Positions 48,482 through 60,807 of a DNA stretch of 64,000 bases are shown in pieces. The stretch lies in the NCBI GenBank assembly GCA_002269645.1, contig NIVC01002158.1, positions 62,001 to 126,000 on the forward strand, read 5' to 3'. Origin of the DNA: Macrostomum lignano (Eukaryota). The stretch's first letter is position 1; the number at the start of each line of letters is the position of its first letter. A model generated the notes under the pieces. The model was not told where the DNA came from, ran no database searches, and saw only the letters and a program-made list of their open reading frames with translations. The position numbers and the translations under genes were made by a program.

Positions 48482-50098
48482 GTGAGTTTTTTTAAGTTAC
48501 ATCGTGAGAATATACGAGTGCATGTACCTTAAATCTGTAGTGGTTACGTTTAGAGATTGGTGAAACTTAAAAACTTTCGAAGACTGCTGTACTCTCTGAA
48601 CTCATCGATTATTTCAACTCTCAACACTGAGTCAGCCACCCCCTCGCTTGATGTACCCACGGATAGATTTTTTTCCATCTGCGGGGTCTTAGAGTTTCTT
48701 GGCTTCTTATCCTTTTCTGAAAATTTAGCGCAAAATGTTGGAACACAAACGTAATGTGTGCAAGACAACTGATCACGATAGGCTCGTAATTTTAACAGAA
48801 TGATGGCAATAAATTCACCTTACGTGAATACAATGCGTAATCTGATGCGTAAAGAAAACACAAGCATAAAAGAGCCGTCACTTATCGCAGCATCCTAATT
48901 TTTCCAATCGTTGATGCTTGACATTCAGATAACTGATTCATCCAAGACAGGATAGTAACATTTCTGCTAGCCCAAAAAAACTTGGTTTGGGATTGCATTT
49001 ATTGCCACTCGCAGTACGAGCTAGCAAACAGGACGCGGCCCATAAGAGGTAGGATGCGGATCTCCCAGAAGGAAAGTGCCGATATGTGTTATAGTGCAAA
49101 ACAAAGGAATCGCTTCGTGACAACGATGGAAGGGAATTCTCATATCATACCGGTGTAAGCGGTTAAAAATATTAACAAAGCATCCGTTTTTATGCCATTG
49201 CAATTTGCCTCTCTGAGCCTTATTTGTTCCAATGTATTTAACCATCAGCACAGCAAAACAACATCGCTACCTCGAGATAAAAAGAGTTCGTTTCTTGCTA
49301 AAGTCTAAAAGTGACAACTGGAGGCCAAGGTCCTTCAGGCCGTTGATGTCTCTCACATTGTTCGTAAAGTCGACAAAGCAGCCAAGATCGGCGATCTGGA
49401 ACTTCCGGCAGAGAGCGGCGCAGATCAGGCAGGATCGGTGCGCTGAAGAAGATCCTGCAGACAGCCAACATGTCTAACAGTTCTAGCTTTTCAGTGGTAA
49501 AATTGAATTTCCCTGCGTGTTAGCAGGCGGCTTTAATAAAGAGAAATTTTAACAGCTGAAAGCTTTCAGCCTCCGCCACCCTAGCTAATTGATGTGTAGT
49601 CAACCACGAAAAGGAAGTAAATACCTTAATTGAAAACCAACACTATCTTCCATTTTAATGCGCCTTAGGAAAAATAAAAAATTTAGAATATAATTGCTGT
49701 CAATAGGACCAATTTTTCCTGCCTGGGCTAATGGCGTCAACTGCTTTACAGATGCGTCTTGTCATGTGACCTTTGAGGAACGAGCTCCTGTCTGACACGT
49801 CTATGAGACCTGGATTCTCCGGATTTTTTAATCGGTTAAGTGTTTCTAAACACTACTCGCTTCATATTTGTATCCTTGTGTATTCCTTAGAGCATACTTA
49901 TTAATCTTTACTACTTTGAACAGCAACTGTTTTTGTAGCAAAGGCAAATTTTGTAGCAAAGCAAAGTTTGAATTTTCCTACCGCTATCGGAGTTTGACCA
50001 GACCTCCAGTGCAGCTCGATATTTCACACCATGGAAGACAGAAACATTAATACTATCGAAACTCCCTAGAGAACCTTTCACAACTAAGAAACTTTAAA

Positions 50099-50168
50099 GC
50101 GCGGATTAGCTCAGCGGTAAGAGCGTCTGACTCTCGCAATCACTGGTTCGATTTCGTCTGTGGCTGCG
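50099..50168 (+). pseudogene. tRNA-derived remnant / SINE head
   Basis: A box TAGCTCAGCGG, intact D-stem GCTC..GAGC and B-box-like GGTTCGATTTC. The anticodon and acceptor stems do not pair. Confidence 0.5.
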
Positions 50169-50614
50169 TTTATTTAGAGCTTCTGCACAAAGAAGACGTG
50201 AAATGACGTGAAAAACACTCGCTGACGTCCTTGAAAGCGGCTCTCCAGCATCAACAGCCTTTAAAAATGATTCGATTTTCTAAGAAATGCTTCATGCTTG
50301 GGAGTAAATCAGTTAAAAGCCTTCAATAAGCGATTCATTCGACAACTGACAATAGTATATCGATTGACAGCCATGAATTCATCCAGCCTTTGTTTTTCTT
50401 CTTGGTTAATTGTCTAATTTAAACCTTAACTGCGTCACTGTCTAGTGGGTTAAAGATTGGCCTGAATCCCACAATAATGCGACTGTTTTGAGTCAACATC
50501 TGAGAGCCACGACTCCGATTCTTGAAGATAACTATTTAAATTATATTTTTGTGAAATTGTGAAATTTCGACCGACTACTCGTAATTTTTGTTTTATTGAA
50601 CAACAAATTTGCAG

Positions 50615-50810
50615 ATCCGAGGCGGCGCCGCCGAGAGCGACGGTCGTCTGCAGCCTGGCGACAGGCTTCTCGAGATCAACGGCGCCAACGTGCGCACCGT
50701 TTCTCACTCCGACGTGGCCACTAAGCTGAAAGCGGCTCAGGGTCGCGTGACCCTGCTCATCGGGCGGCTCAAACACGTGGGCGCCTCTTCCAAAGTGAAG
50801 CGCAAGACTG
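50615..50810 (+). CDS. MPDZ: Exon 22: rest of PDZ11
   Basis: tttgcag| acceptor (phase 0), ACTG|GTGAGT donor (phase 1). IRGGAAESDGRLQPGDRLLEINGANVRTVSHSDVATKLKAAQGRVTLLIGRLK. Confidence 0.96.
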
Positions 50811-52017
50811 GTGAGTTTGAGATTATTTATGCGCAATGGTTCTTCCCTAACCATGGCGTGTTTCCTCCATCAGTTCCATCGTTTGTTTGTTTTTTTATTT
50901 ATGCACGGATGCATTGATAATGCGCATAAAATGCTTGCCAGTGTGTTATCAGCTACATATAGCTTTTTACGAGCGTAGAATGTTTTTCGAAGTCTTGAAG
51001 TGGCATCAAGTTTGTATTTGTTACATGTAGATTTTATTTAATTAAATCGTTGACTTTTTGTGAAACTGCTATCGAAAAAATGCACGTATATCGTCTCTCT
51101 TCATTTTTCTAATTTTCATAATTTCTCTCTATTTTCAACTGATCTTCATCCTGAAAGTAAAATTCTTCTGACTCTCTTCAACTTCTGATTTGAACAGTTA
51201 AGCTGCACGATTTTCATTTCATTTAAACAAATCAAATATTATTGTAAGCCTGCATGTTTCGCCCCAATACTATATCATTTGAATTTCAGTTTAATTATAC
51301 TTGCCTAATTATTATTAATGAGGTTAAAATAGATCAATAAATTATTCTGAAAAAAAAACATTCTAAAACAGGTAAAATACGCATAGTAAAATGTAAGGAA
51401 CGCCGGAAGAACGGACCGGATGAGAAAATTATTTCATACTTATAAGACGCATCAAATGTATTTAGGCATTCGCAAAACTTAAAGAAGTGCTCCAAATGAA
51501 TAAGTGCTATCAAGCGGGGTCCTTGTTCTTGAATCTGGAAGTTCACGCTTTTTATCGATAGATTTTCAACTGGACTAACAAAAATTACCATATCATGCGA
51601 TATTTTCAGAACTTATCCCTGTTGAAAACGAGAAGATGTGCATCTCTGATTGCTATCTTAGTTTTCTGTCCAAGCTAAGAGTTTAATCTGGTTAATTTAA
51701 AAATGCAAAGTCAAGGCCACTAAATGCACTCTTCGTACACTCAATTTATGACGCGCTTACGCTCAAAATATGATCAATTCTGCACATCCTCACGGAAAAA
51801 TTGTCAAGTTCCAAATTAATTAGCGTTTAGTTCTATAGCCAGTTACGAGTAGAACGATAGTTAGGCTACACCGAATGTAGAAAACTTCAATTAGCTATCT
51901 AAAATTGCCCTACTCATCCCATTATTCTCGTGTGAACCTAATCCCTGCACAAACACTTTTGACTTATGTTCCAAATTTTAATTGTCCAACCTGCTTTCTC
52001 TCACCTTTTTCGAACAG

Positions 52018-52028
52018 GTGGATTCTGA
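52018..52028 (+). CDS. MPDZ: Candidate alternative terminal exon: (G)GF-stop after PDZ11
   Basis: Strong acceptor ctgctttctctcacctttttcgaacag| at 52017. Joined in phase 1 to exon 22 it reads ...KRKT-G-G-F-TGA. Confidence 0.35.
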
Positions 52029-53454
52029 AAATCAGTCCGAAACTTTCGACATGCCCATCAATCAAGCCATCCTAAAATCCATATATTTATACAAGATTAT
52101 ATTAGTAAGCACAGGATTATAAGAATAGCACAGTTGGCGCACTGAGATATCGCAGCTACCTGGATATGCAAATATAGTCAGGCTGAAGAGCGCAGACCAA
52201 CCTGACCGACCCAACGCGATGGTGTAAAACTCACAGGTAGCTACTTACAGTACAACACTTATCAGCTATATTGCCATCACAATGCTTGAGCACAAATTGC
52301 TCAGATTCACACGGATACTCATGCCACAGGTCACAGGCACTCACTGATCCCTCAGATGTTTATTATTTTCCACTTGGTTTTAATTTTATGTTCAAACTCA
52401 GATTACTCACTTCCAGTATCCTTAGCAACTAAATGTACTCTTCTAGCAATTGTCACTTGCAATTATAAACCGTGTAACTCAGTCAGCAGCCCAAATCTTC
52501 AGTGCCGACCAGCTGCGCATAAATATTTATTTTTCTAATGTATCGCATCCTGTTGTCTGAATCTCCTGTTTGCATGCTAACACTTTCTATATCTATCTAA
52601 TCATAATGGAACTTTGATAGTTTAGTTCGGATATTGCAAGTTGTGTATGCAGATGTGTCAATCAAGCTCTGAACTACTGTATCATCGCTTATCGTTTCTG
52701 CTTAGATCATACAGTTGATTAAAATATGCCATTATTAAATCTGACTATCTTGCCTTCAACTGAACACAGCCCTATACATGTAGAGTTCTTATGTAATAAC
52801 AATCTAAATATACTAAATCTCTAAGGTTTGTATGTTTGAATGATGTTTGAAATGAGTTGTCTGTGGGTAGGTAGGTAGGTATGCGATAGATTTCAGAAAA
52901 AATGGCTCAACCGATTTTCTTCAAACTTGCACCATTTGATCAGAAATTTTCCTGGGACGGTACATGCATCTTGGCTAAGAAATTGCTCAATGTTAAAGGG
53001 ATTAAATATTCGAAAAACATGCTTTTTTGCAAAGGTCAAGCCAAATTTTCGACTTGAAATGCATTGTAAGAATGCTAGATAAAAAACTGACTGACTGAAT
53101 TCCGATTGTGATAAAGATTGCATCACAACAAGTTCAAAACAGTGCCGAAGAAAAGCACACACGACTTGATTTAAATTGCGTAACCGTATTGCTAACTTAA
53201 ATTGAGACTGATACTGGCTGACTGAGAAAAATTGATTATGTCATAACTTTTTACTCCAATTGACTTGCTGTAAGAATTGAATTATAAGGGCCACAATTCA
53301 TGTTCTCCAATTGAAAAGAGATAGCCCTGATGCGAACAGACTGGAATGCTAATGTAGCGACCTGGGTTCGAATCTTAGTATTGCAAAAAGATTTTTTTTA
53401 TTAAAACACCCTAAAAACACAACAAAACTGCTAAACATCAAAGAAGCGCAATGT

Positions 53455-56400
53455 CAAACATAGAAGAGCCAACATATCGAACATAAAAGAGTTACCATGT
53501 CAAACATGGAAGAGCCACCATGTCGAACATTAAAGAGCCACCATGTCAAACATAAAAGACCCACCATGTCAAACATAAAAGAGCCACCATGTCAAACATA
53601 AAAGAGCCACCATGTCAAACATAAAAGAGCTACCATTTCGAACATTAAAGAGCCACCATTTTGAACATTAAAGAGCCACCATTTCGAACATTAAAGAGCC
53701 CCCATTTTAAACATTAAAGAGCCACCATGTCAAACAATTAAGAGCCACCATGTCAAACATTTAGGAGCCACCATGTCAAACATTTAAGAGCCACTATGTC
53801 AAACATTTTAGAGCCACCATGTCAAACATATATGTGACGTTATGTCAAACATTAAAGAGCCACCATGTCGAACATTAAAGAGCCACCATGTGTAACATAA
53901 AAGGGCTATATCATGAAGAACATTAAAGAGCTACCATGTCGAACATTAGAGAGCCACCATATAGAATTTTAAAGAGCCACCATGTTAAACATTAAAGAGC
54001 CACCATGTGAAACATTAAAGAGCCACCATGTCAAACATTTAGGAGCCACCATGTCAAACCTAAAAGAGCCACCATGTCGAACATAAAAGAGCCACCATTT
54101 CAAACATTGAAGAGCCACCATTTCGAACATTAAAGAGCCACCATGTCAAACAATTAAGAGCCACCATGTCAAACATATATGTGACGTTATGTCAAACATT
54201 AAAGAGCCACCATTTCAAACATTAAAGAGACACCATGTCTAACATTAAAGTGCCACAATTTCAAACATTAAAGATCCATCATGTCGAACATTAAAGAGCC
54301 ACCATGTCTGACATTAAAGAGCCACAATGTCTAACATTAAAGAGCCACCATGTCCAACATATATGTGACTTCATGTCAAACATTAAAGAGCCACCATGTC
54401 TAACATTAAAGAGCCACCATGTCGAACATTAAAGAGCCACCATGTCAAACATTAAAGAGCCACCATGTCGAACATTAAAGAGCCACCATGTCCAACATAT
54501 ATGTGACTTCATGTCAAACATTAAAGAGCCATCAGGTCGAACATTAAAGAGCCACCATGTCAAATATAAAAGGACCACCATGTCAAACATTAAAGAGGCA
54601 CCATGTCAAAAATTAACAGCCACCATGTCTAACATTAAAGAGCCACCATGTCGAACATTAAAGAGCCACCAAGTCGAACATTATAGAGCCACCATGTCGA
54701 ACATTAAAGAACTACCATTTCGAACATTAAAGAGCCACCATGTCGAAAATAAAAAAGCCACCATGTAGAACATTAAAGAGCCATCATGTCAAACATAAAA
54801 GAGCCACCATTTCAAACATTAAAGAGGCACCATGTCGAACATTAAAAAGCCACCATGTCGAACATTAAAGAGCCACCATGTTAAACATTAAAGAGCCACC
54901 ATGTGAAACATTAAAGAGCCACCATGTCAAACATTAAAGAGCCATCATTACATTAAAGTGCCACCAGGTCAAAAATTAAAGAGCCACCATGTCAAACATT
55001 AACGAGTCACCATGTCAAGTATATTCGTGACTCCATGTCAACCATAAAAGAGCCACCATGTCAAACATAAAAGAGCCACCACGTCAAACATTAAAGAGCC
55101 ACCATGTCAAACATAAAAGAGCCACCATGTCAAACATAAAAGAGCCATCATGTTAAACATTAAAGAGCCACCATGTCAAACATAAAAGAGCCACCATGTC
55201 AAAAATAAAAGAGCAACCATGTCAAACATATATGTGACTCCATGTCAAGCAGTAAAGAGCCACCATGTCAAGCATAAAAAAGCCACCATGTCAAACATTA
55301 AAAAGCCACAATGTCAAACATTAAAGAGACACCATGTCGAACATCATGTCAAACACTAAAGAGCCACCATGTCAAACATAAAAGAGCCACTATGTCAAAC
55401 ATTAAGGAGACACCATGTTAGACATTAAAAAAACCCCGAATCAAACATAAAAGAGCCACCATGTAGAACATAAAAGAGCCATCATGTCAAACATTAAAGA
55501 GGCACCATGTCGAACATTAAAAAGCCACCATGTCAAACATTAAAGAGCCACCATGTCGAACATAAAAAACCACCATGTCGAACATAAAAGAGCCACCATG
55601 TCGAACATTAAAAAGCCACCATGTCGAACATAAAAGAACCACCATGTCGAACATAAAAGAGCCACCATGTCAAACATTAAAGAGGCACCATGTCGAACAT
55701 AAAAAAGCCACCATGTCGAACATTATAGAGCCACCATGTCGAACATAAAAGAACCACCATGTCGAACATAAAAGAGCCACCATGTCAAACATTAAAGAGC
55801 CACCAAGTCGAAAATTATAGAGCCGCCATGTCGAACATAAAAGAAACACCATGTCGAACATAAAAGAGCCACTATGTCAAACATTAAATAGCCATTATGT
55901 CGAACAATAAAGAGCCACCATGTCCAACATATATGTGACTCCATGTTAAACATTAAAGAGCCGTCATGTCAAACATAACAGAGCCAGCATGTCAAACATA
56001 AAAGGACCACCATGTCAAACAATAAAGAGGCACCATGTCGAACATTAAAAAGCCACCATGTTTAACATTTAAGAGCCACCATGTCGAACATTAAAGAGCT
56101 GCCATGTCGAAAATAAAAAAGCCACCATGTAGAACATTAAAGAGCCATCATGTCAAACATAAAAGAGCCACCATTTCAAACATTAAAGATCCATCATTAC
56201 ATTAAGGTGCCACCATGTCAAACATTAAAGAGCCACCATGTCAAACATTAACGAGTCACCATGTCAAGTATATTCGTGACTCCATGTCAACCATAAAAGA
56301 GCCACCATGTCAAACATAAAAGAGCCACCACGTCAAACATTAAAGAGCCACCATGTCAAACATTAAAGAGCCACCATGTCAAACATAAAAGAGCCACCAT

Positions 56401-56800
56401 GTCAAACATAAAAGAGCCATCATGTTAAACATTAAAGAGCCACCATGTCAAACATAAAAGAGCCACCATGTCAAAAATAAAAGAGCAACCATGTCAAACA
56501 TATATGTGACTCCATGTCAAGCAGTAAAGAGCCACCATGTCAAGCATAAAAAAGCCACCATGTCGAACATAAAAGAGCCCCATGTCAAACATTAAAGAGC
56601 CACAATGTCAAACATTAAAGAGACACCATGTCGAACATCATGTCAAACACTAAAGAGCCACCATGTCAAACATAAAAGAGCCACTATGTCAAACAATAAA
56701 GAGACACCATGTTAGACATTAAAAAACCCCGAATCAAACATAAAAGAGCCACCATGTAGAACATAAAAGAGCCACCATGTCAAACATTAAAGAGCCACCA
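53455..56800. repeat. 3.3-kb, 23-bp satellite (GTCAAACATTAAAGAGCCACCAT)n with higher-order block duplication
   Basis: Period 23. The diagnostic variant aacgagtcaccatgtcaagtatattcgtgactcc occurs at 55001 and 56250. Confidence 0.97.
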
Positions 56801-56898
56801 TAAAAGATACACAATTTCAAACGTAAAAGTAAGCGTCATGCCAATTTTAAAGGAACCACTGTAGAGCTTAGGAAATTGTTGCACTAGCTACTTATTGT

Positions 56899-56993
56899 CT
56901 GGGGGATGCTTGCCATTTGGGGGATGCTTGCTATCTGGGGGATGCTTGCTATCTGAGAGATGCTTGCCATCTGGGGGATGCTTGTTGTCTTGG
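56899..56993. repeat. 18-bp repeat GGGGGATGCTTGC(C/T)AT(T/C)T, about 5 copies
   Basis: Direct inspection. Confidence 0.85.
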
Positions 56994-57881
56994 GATAATT
57001 TCTTTTTGCATTACACTTTATTTGAGCAGTTTGTCTGTTGTCTTTGTGAAGGCTTTATTTGGCTGTCTTTTTGTTACTTGAAGAGAACAGAGATTCTATC
57101 CAGATTTCCCCCAACGGGGGGCGAAGATTGCTAGTAATCTATACTATACTTTTATAGCTGTTTTATCGCTTAAAAGTATCCCCCTAATTCTTGCAACCGT
57201 CGCGTAGTCTATCTACAGTTCCCATTGCTTTCATAGAAATCCTATTTAACAGCTATAGGCCTCCTTTGTTTTGTCCAGTCATTTTCAAATTACTAATCCC
57301 TATTGTGGAAGGATTATTTTGCACAAACGCAACAAAAGTGTTGCACAAATTTGTTCACAAGTGAATAACAACTGCGAGAACTCAATGGCTGCACTTGAAA
57401 AACATGCAACCGGTTGTGACTAAAAAAAGACACTAACTCACTACTCCACCGCTATAGCCACATGTGCCGGGAGATGCTTCAAACTGTTCGGTTCTTGCAC
57501 AAGACACCATTAATTGTTTTCAAAACTTCGTTTCAATTTTTGCGTTACTTTTAATGCATACAAAATAATCAGATAGCATTTATTGATGAAGGCTTAGGCT
57601 AAATTCACAATCACCTGGGGCAACGGATTCTGACTGGTTCCTGACAGTCCTGTTTCTTTGAGAACACATTCAGATGAGTATTTTGGCGCTTCATTCGGTC
57701 CATTTGCAAGGAATAAATTCTAGACCAGATCGAACCGGGACTCGAACCCGAGGAGATTGTGAATTCAGCATTTAGTCTCGTGGTAAATACAGCTGAAGAA
57801 AAAGTTAGCATTGGTCCAGAAGCATCAGAATGCTCTCGCACAAACCTGCTTCTCATTCCCACCCGAATCCCATGCGGACAG

Positions 57882-58096
57882 AGTACACCCACTTCCAAGT
57901 CTCTCTGCGCAAGACCGACAAACTGCCGGACAGCTACGGCCTCGCCCTGCAGACCACGCATCCGTGTCACGCGCCCCTTCACTCAGTGGTGGCTCAGCAA
58001 ACTTTCCATTCCGACTGTTGCGGCGACAAAACTTTGGGCATCTTCGTCGCCAGCCTAACGCCTAAAGGTGCCGCCGCGAAGAGCGGCAAGATTCTG
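57882..58096 (+). CDS. MPDZ: Exon 23: N-terminal part of a divergent PDZ12
   Basis: gcggacag| acceptor (phase 1), CTG|GTGAGT donor (phase 0). (E)YTHFQVSLRKTDKLPDSYGLALQ...LGIFVASLTPKGAAAKSGKIL, continuing as PGDELLSING in the next exon. Confidence 0.88.
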
Positions 58097-58327
58097 GTGA
58101 GTTTTCTTTGGCACTTCTTTGGATAATATCCTATAGTTTTAGCTTGTATTGAAACTTCCTAGTGGTTAGAGACGTTGCATACCAAGCATAACATATTACA
58201 GATCTACTGTAGTAAGTTTACCTTGGAGTCAGCGATGCGAAGTGTTGATACGAAACAGAAAAATTTTAACACTGTACTCTGCCATAAACAAAGTCTCCGC
58301 TTGACTCACCATTCCCAATGCCAACAG

Positions 58328-58852
58328 CCGGGAGACGAGCTACTCAGCATCAACGGCAATCAAGTCGACGACAAACTACTGGCCGACGCAGCCAAACAGC
58401 TGCGCGAAGCCAGCTCCCGTTCTGGCACGGCGGTGCTCGTCTTTCGACGCTATCAGCGCACCGTCTGGCTGATGAACGTCACCGTCGTTCGTTCCGCTGG
58501 CCAGCTGCTGGGCTTCAGCATCGTCGGCGGGCGCGACTGCGAGCAGGGCGAGTTCCCCGTCTGCGTCAAGTCCGTCTCGCACGACAGTCCGGCGCGAGGT
58601 CGGCTATTCCGCGGCGACGAGATCTTGTCGGTGAACGGCCGGCCTCTGGCGGGCGTCACCCACGCGGAGGCCGTGTCGGCGCTGAAATGTGCCGTCGGCG
58701 AGACTGTGCTGACGGTTTTACGAACCGAGGAGCCAGCAGGGTCGCCAAATGCCGGCCATGGAGTCTGCGTCGGTTGCGGCAGCGGCGGCCCGGGAGGGAG
58801 CGGCGGCGGCATCGGAGGCAGTGGGGGCGCTACAGATAGCGGCGAGGAATGA
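58328..58852 (+). CDS. MPDZ: Exon 24 (terminal): end of PDZ12, PDZ13 and Gly-rich tail, stop TGA
   Basis: ccaacag| acceptor (phase 0). PGDELLSING..., then VVRSAGQLLGFSIVGGRDCEQGEFPVCVKSVSHDSPARGRLFRGDEILSVNGRPLAGVTHAEAVSALK matches MPDZ PDZ13 (GLGFSIVGGYGSPHGDLPIYVKTV...LEGVTHEEAVAILK). Confidence 0.95.
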   Translation, partial: PGDELLSINGNQVDDKLLADAAKQLREASSRSGTAVLVFRRYQRTVWLMNVTVVRSAGQLLGFSIVGGRDCEQGEFPVCVKSVSHDSPARGRLFRGDEILSVNGRPLAGVTHAEAVSALKCAVGETVLTVLRTEEPAGSPNAGHGVCVGCGSGGPGGSGGGIGGSGGATDSGEE

Positions 58853-60115
58853 AGACTCTCTGCTGCTCCTTGACGCACCGGTTAAGCTGATCAGTTTCTC
58901 ACTGTAGCTGAGTTCAGTCTCTGGGAAAGACTATGAATATGCATCCGGGAAGATCAGCCGATTTAATTACGCTTGTTGTCTGACTGTACTTCTAGGCAAG
59001 CCCCGTTCAGCTAAACAGCTAGAATTAGGCCTCTTGTTCCGCAACTCAGTCCTGTGTAAGAATAATTCAAGTACAATAAGTAAGGTCGCCCATCCCAACG
59101 ATTAGAAGATAGCTTTATAATTCGTTTTTCCCAGTCTATTTTTTGGCACCAAATGACCGCCACTGTACCAGCTTGTTGATCTCCGCTAGCAGATTCTGTC
59201 GGTCCATGCTAATCCTTCCAGCTTCCATTGCGAGATGTTGCAAACTAAATTACATTCAACTTTGACAGACAGGCTTTGTGCCCGACTCATTTGGGAGAAG
59301 TGCGAATATCAGTGCACGGCTAACTCAAGTTTAAAGCTCATTCGCTCTCTCAGGCCTTTGGCTTGCACTTGTCCTGCGCTACGCTCACATGATTCACAGT
59401 TCTTACTCTGCTTGTTACTCATAGCTGTTCTCAATAAATTTATCAGATTGTTTTCTATACTCTGCTCTGGCAAACTCTACTCAAACAGTCACCTTCATCA
59501 GCTTGCTTGGAGTGCTTCTTGCATAGAAATTTGCAAACCAACTAATTCTTGCAGCCTCATTTTGCTATCATTTACGGTTGCTGTTGAAATTTATTGCATA
59601 ATCTTGCTTACTCTCTGCAGAACTTTGTACTCTGAACACATTTTGTATTTTGCATCGTCTACAACCAAGAAGCACAATAACAAAATACAAAATTGCAAAA
59701 ATCACCGTGTTGACTTCTCGAAAACGAAATGAACTCTCACAAACCGCACTGGTCCTGTAGCGGCGCGAATGCATGCAGTTATAAATACAAATATATTATA
59801 GACAAATGTTTCACATAATTTTGTGGCTTACGCATTACCAAACTAATTTGATGGCTTTGTTGATAAGAAATCTAATTTTCAGATTTAGGAAATCTTTTTT
59901 CATTAAATACTGCCTATTTCCCGTGTTTGAACGTGCTGCACATATTTCATATTGAAACGAGTCGCCTTTGCACAAGCTCCAAATTTTAGAATTGTGACTG
60001 GCTAGTATAGCTATCTTCGCGGCTCACGTTAGGAAGGCAACAATTAGAAAGGAGTGGAATTTTTAATAAACTATATGTAGCTTTTGAGTTTGCACCGTCA
60101 CTCCCACTGGGAAAA

Positions 60116-60290
60116 ACGATGTCGAAACGACGTCGTTTTGCGATATCGTTTCGACGTCGTGGTTTGTCCCCGCCCTACTACGTCGTTTCGACATCGTATT
60201 TATATCGTTTCGACGTCGTATGTATGTCGTTTCGATATTGTATCTACGTCGTTTTTACATCGTATGTATGTCGCAATGTCGTATTGATGT
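60116..60290. repeat. CpG-dense quasi-palindromic repeat (cgacgtcg / cgatatcg / tttcga units)
   Basis: Repeated self-complementary 8-mers. Confidence 0.8.
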
Positions 60291-60789
60291 CGTATTCATT
60301 TTCATGTATATTGTTAGTTTCTTAGGGAAAATTGTGTTTAAAGCAAAAAGTGCAGCTACTAGCCGAAGATTACATCATCCCATTTGAGCTTTAGCATCAA
60401 TTCTTCTCCTTAAGCCATGGCTTAACCCCTAACTGTCCCTTCCTATGCTTGGCCTACCAAAAACTACCCATTGACACTTGGCAGCTCGCTATTCCCCTTG
60501 ACATCTTTAGCAGTTTCCCATAAATCATAAAGTGTTGACACAGCAATTCTTTAAAAGTTCAACACGTACCCTCCCTACAGTACTCGTAGCCCTAAGAAAT
60601 TTCTACAGTTCCTCCCGATGAGTCTTTTTTATGATCGGCGTTCATACAATCAAAATTTTCTTAACTGTAAAACCTTAATTACTGCATGGTACCTTTCACT
60701 GCACGCTCATTTGCGCTTGTAAATGAAATTGTGAGTTATGAATGTACATCGTTTGGAAACAATATGCAGTAATCACAAAAAATTACAAC

Positions 60790-60807
60790 AAATAAATACA
60801 TTTATTT
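60790..60807. promoter_or_regulatory. Back-to-back polyadenylation hexamers, AATAAA on + (60791-96) and on - (60801-06)
   Basis: The sequence aaataaat-ac-atttattt lies between two convergent genes. Confidence 0.4.

Noticed and set aside
50099-50168. Functional tRNA gene
   Set aside because: A/B boxes and the D-stem are present, but the anticodon and acceptor stems do not pair and the box spacing is short. B-box-like fragments at about 53365 and about 57740 (minus) are even less complete.
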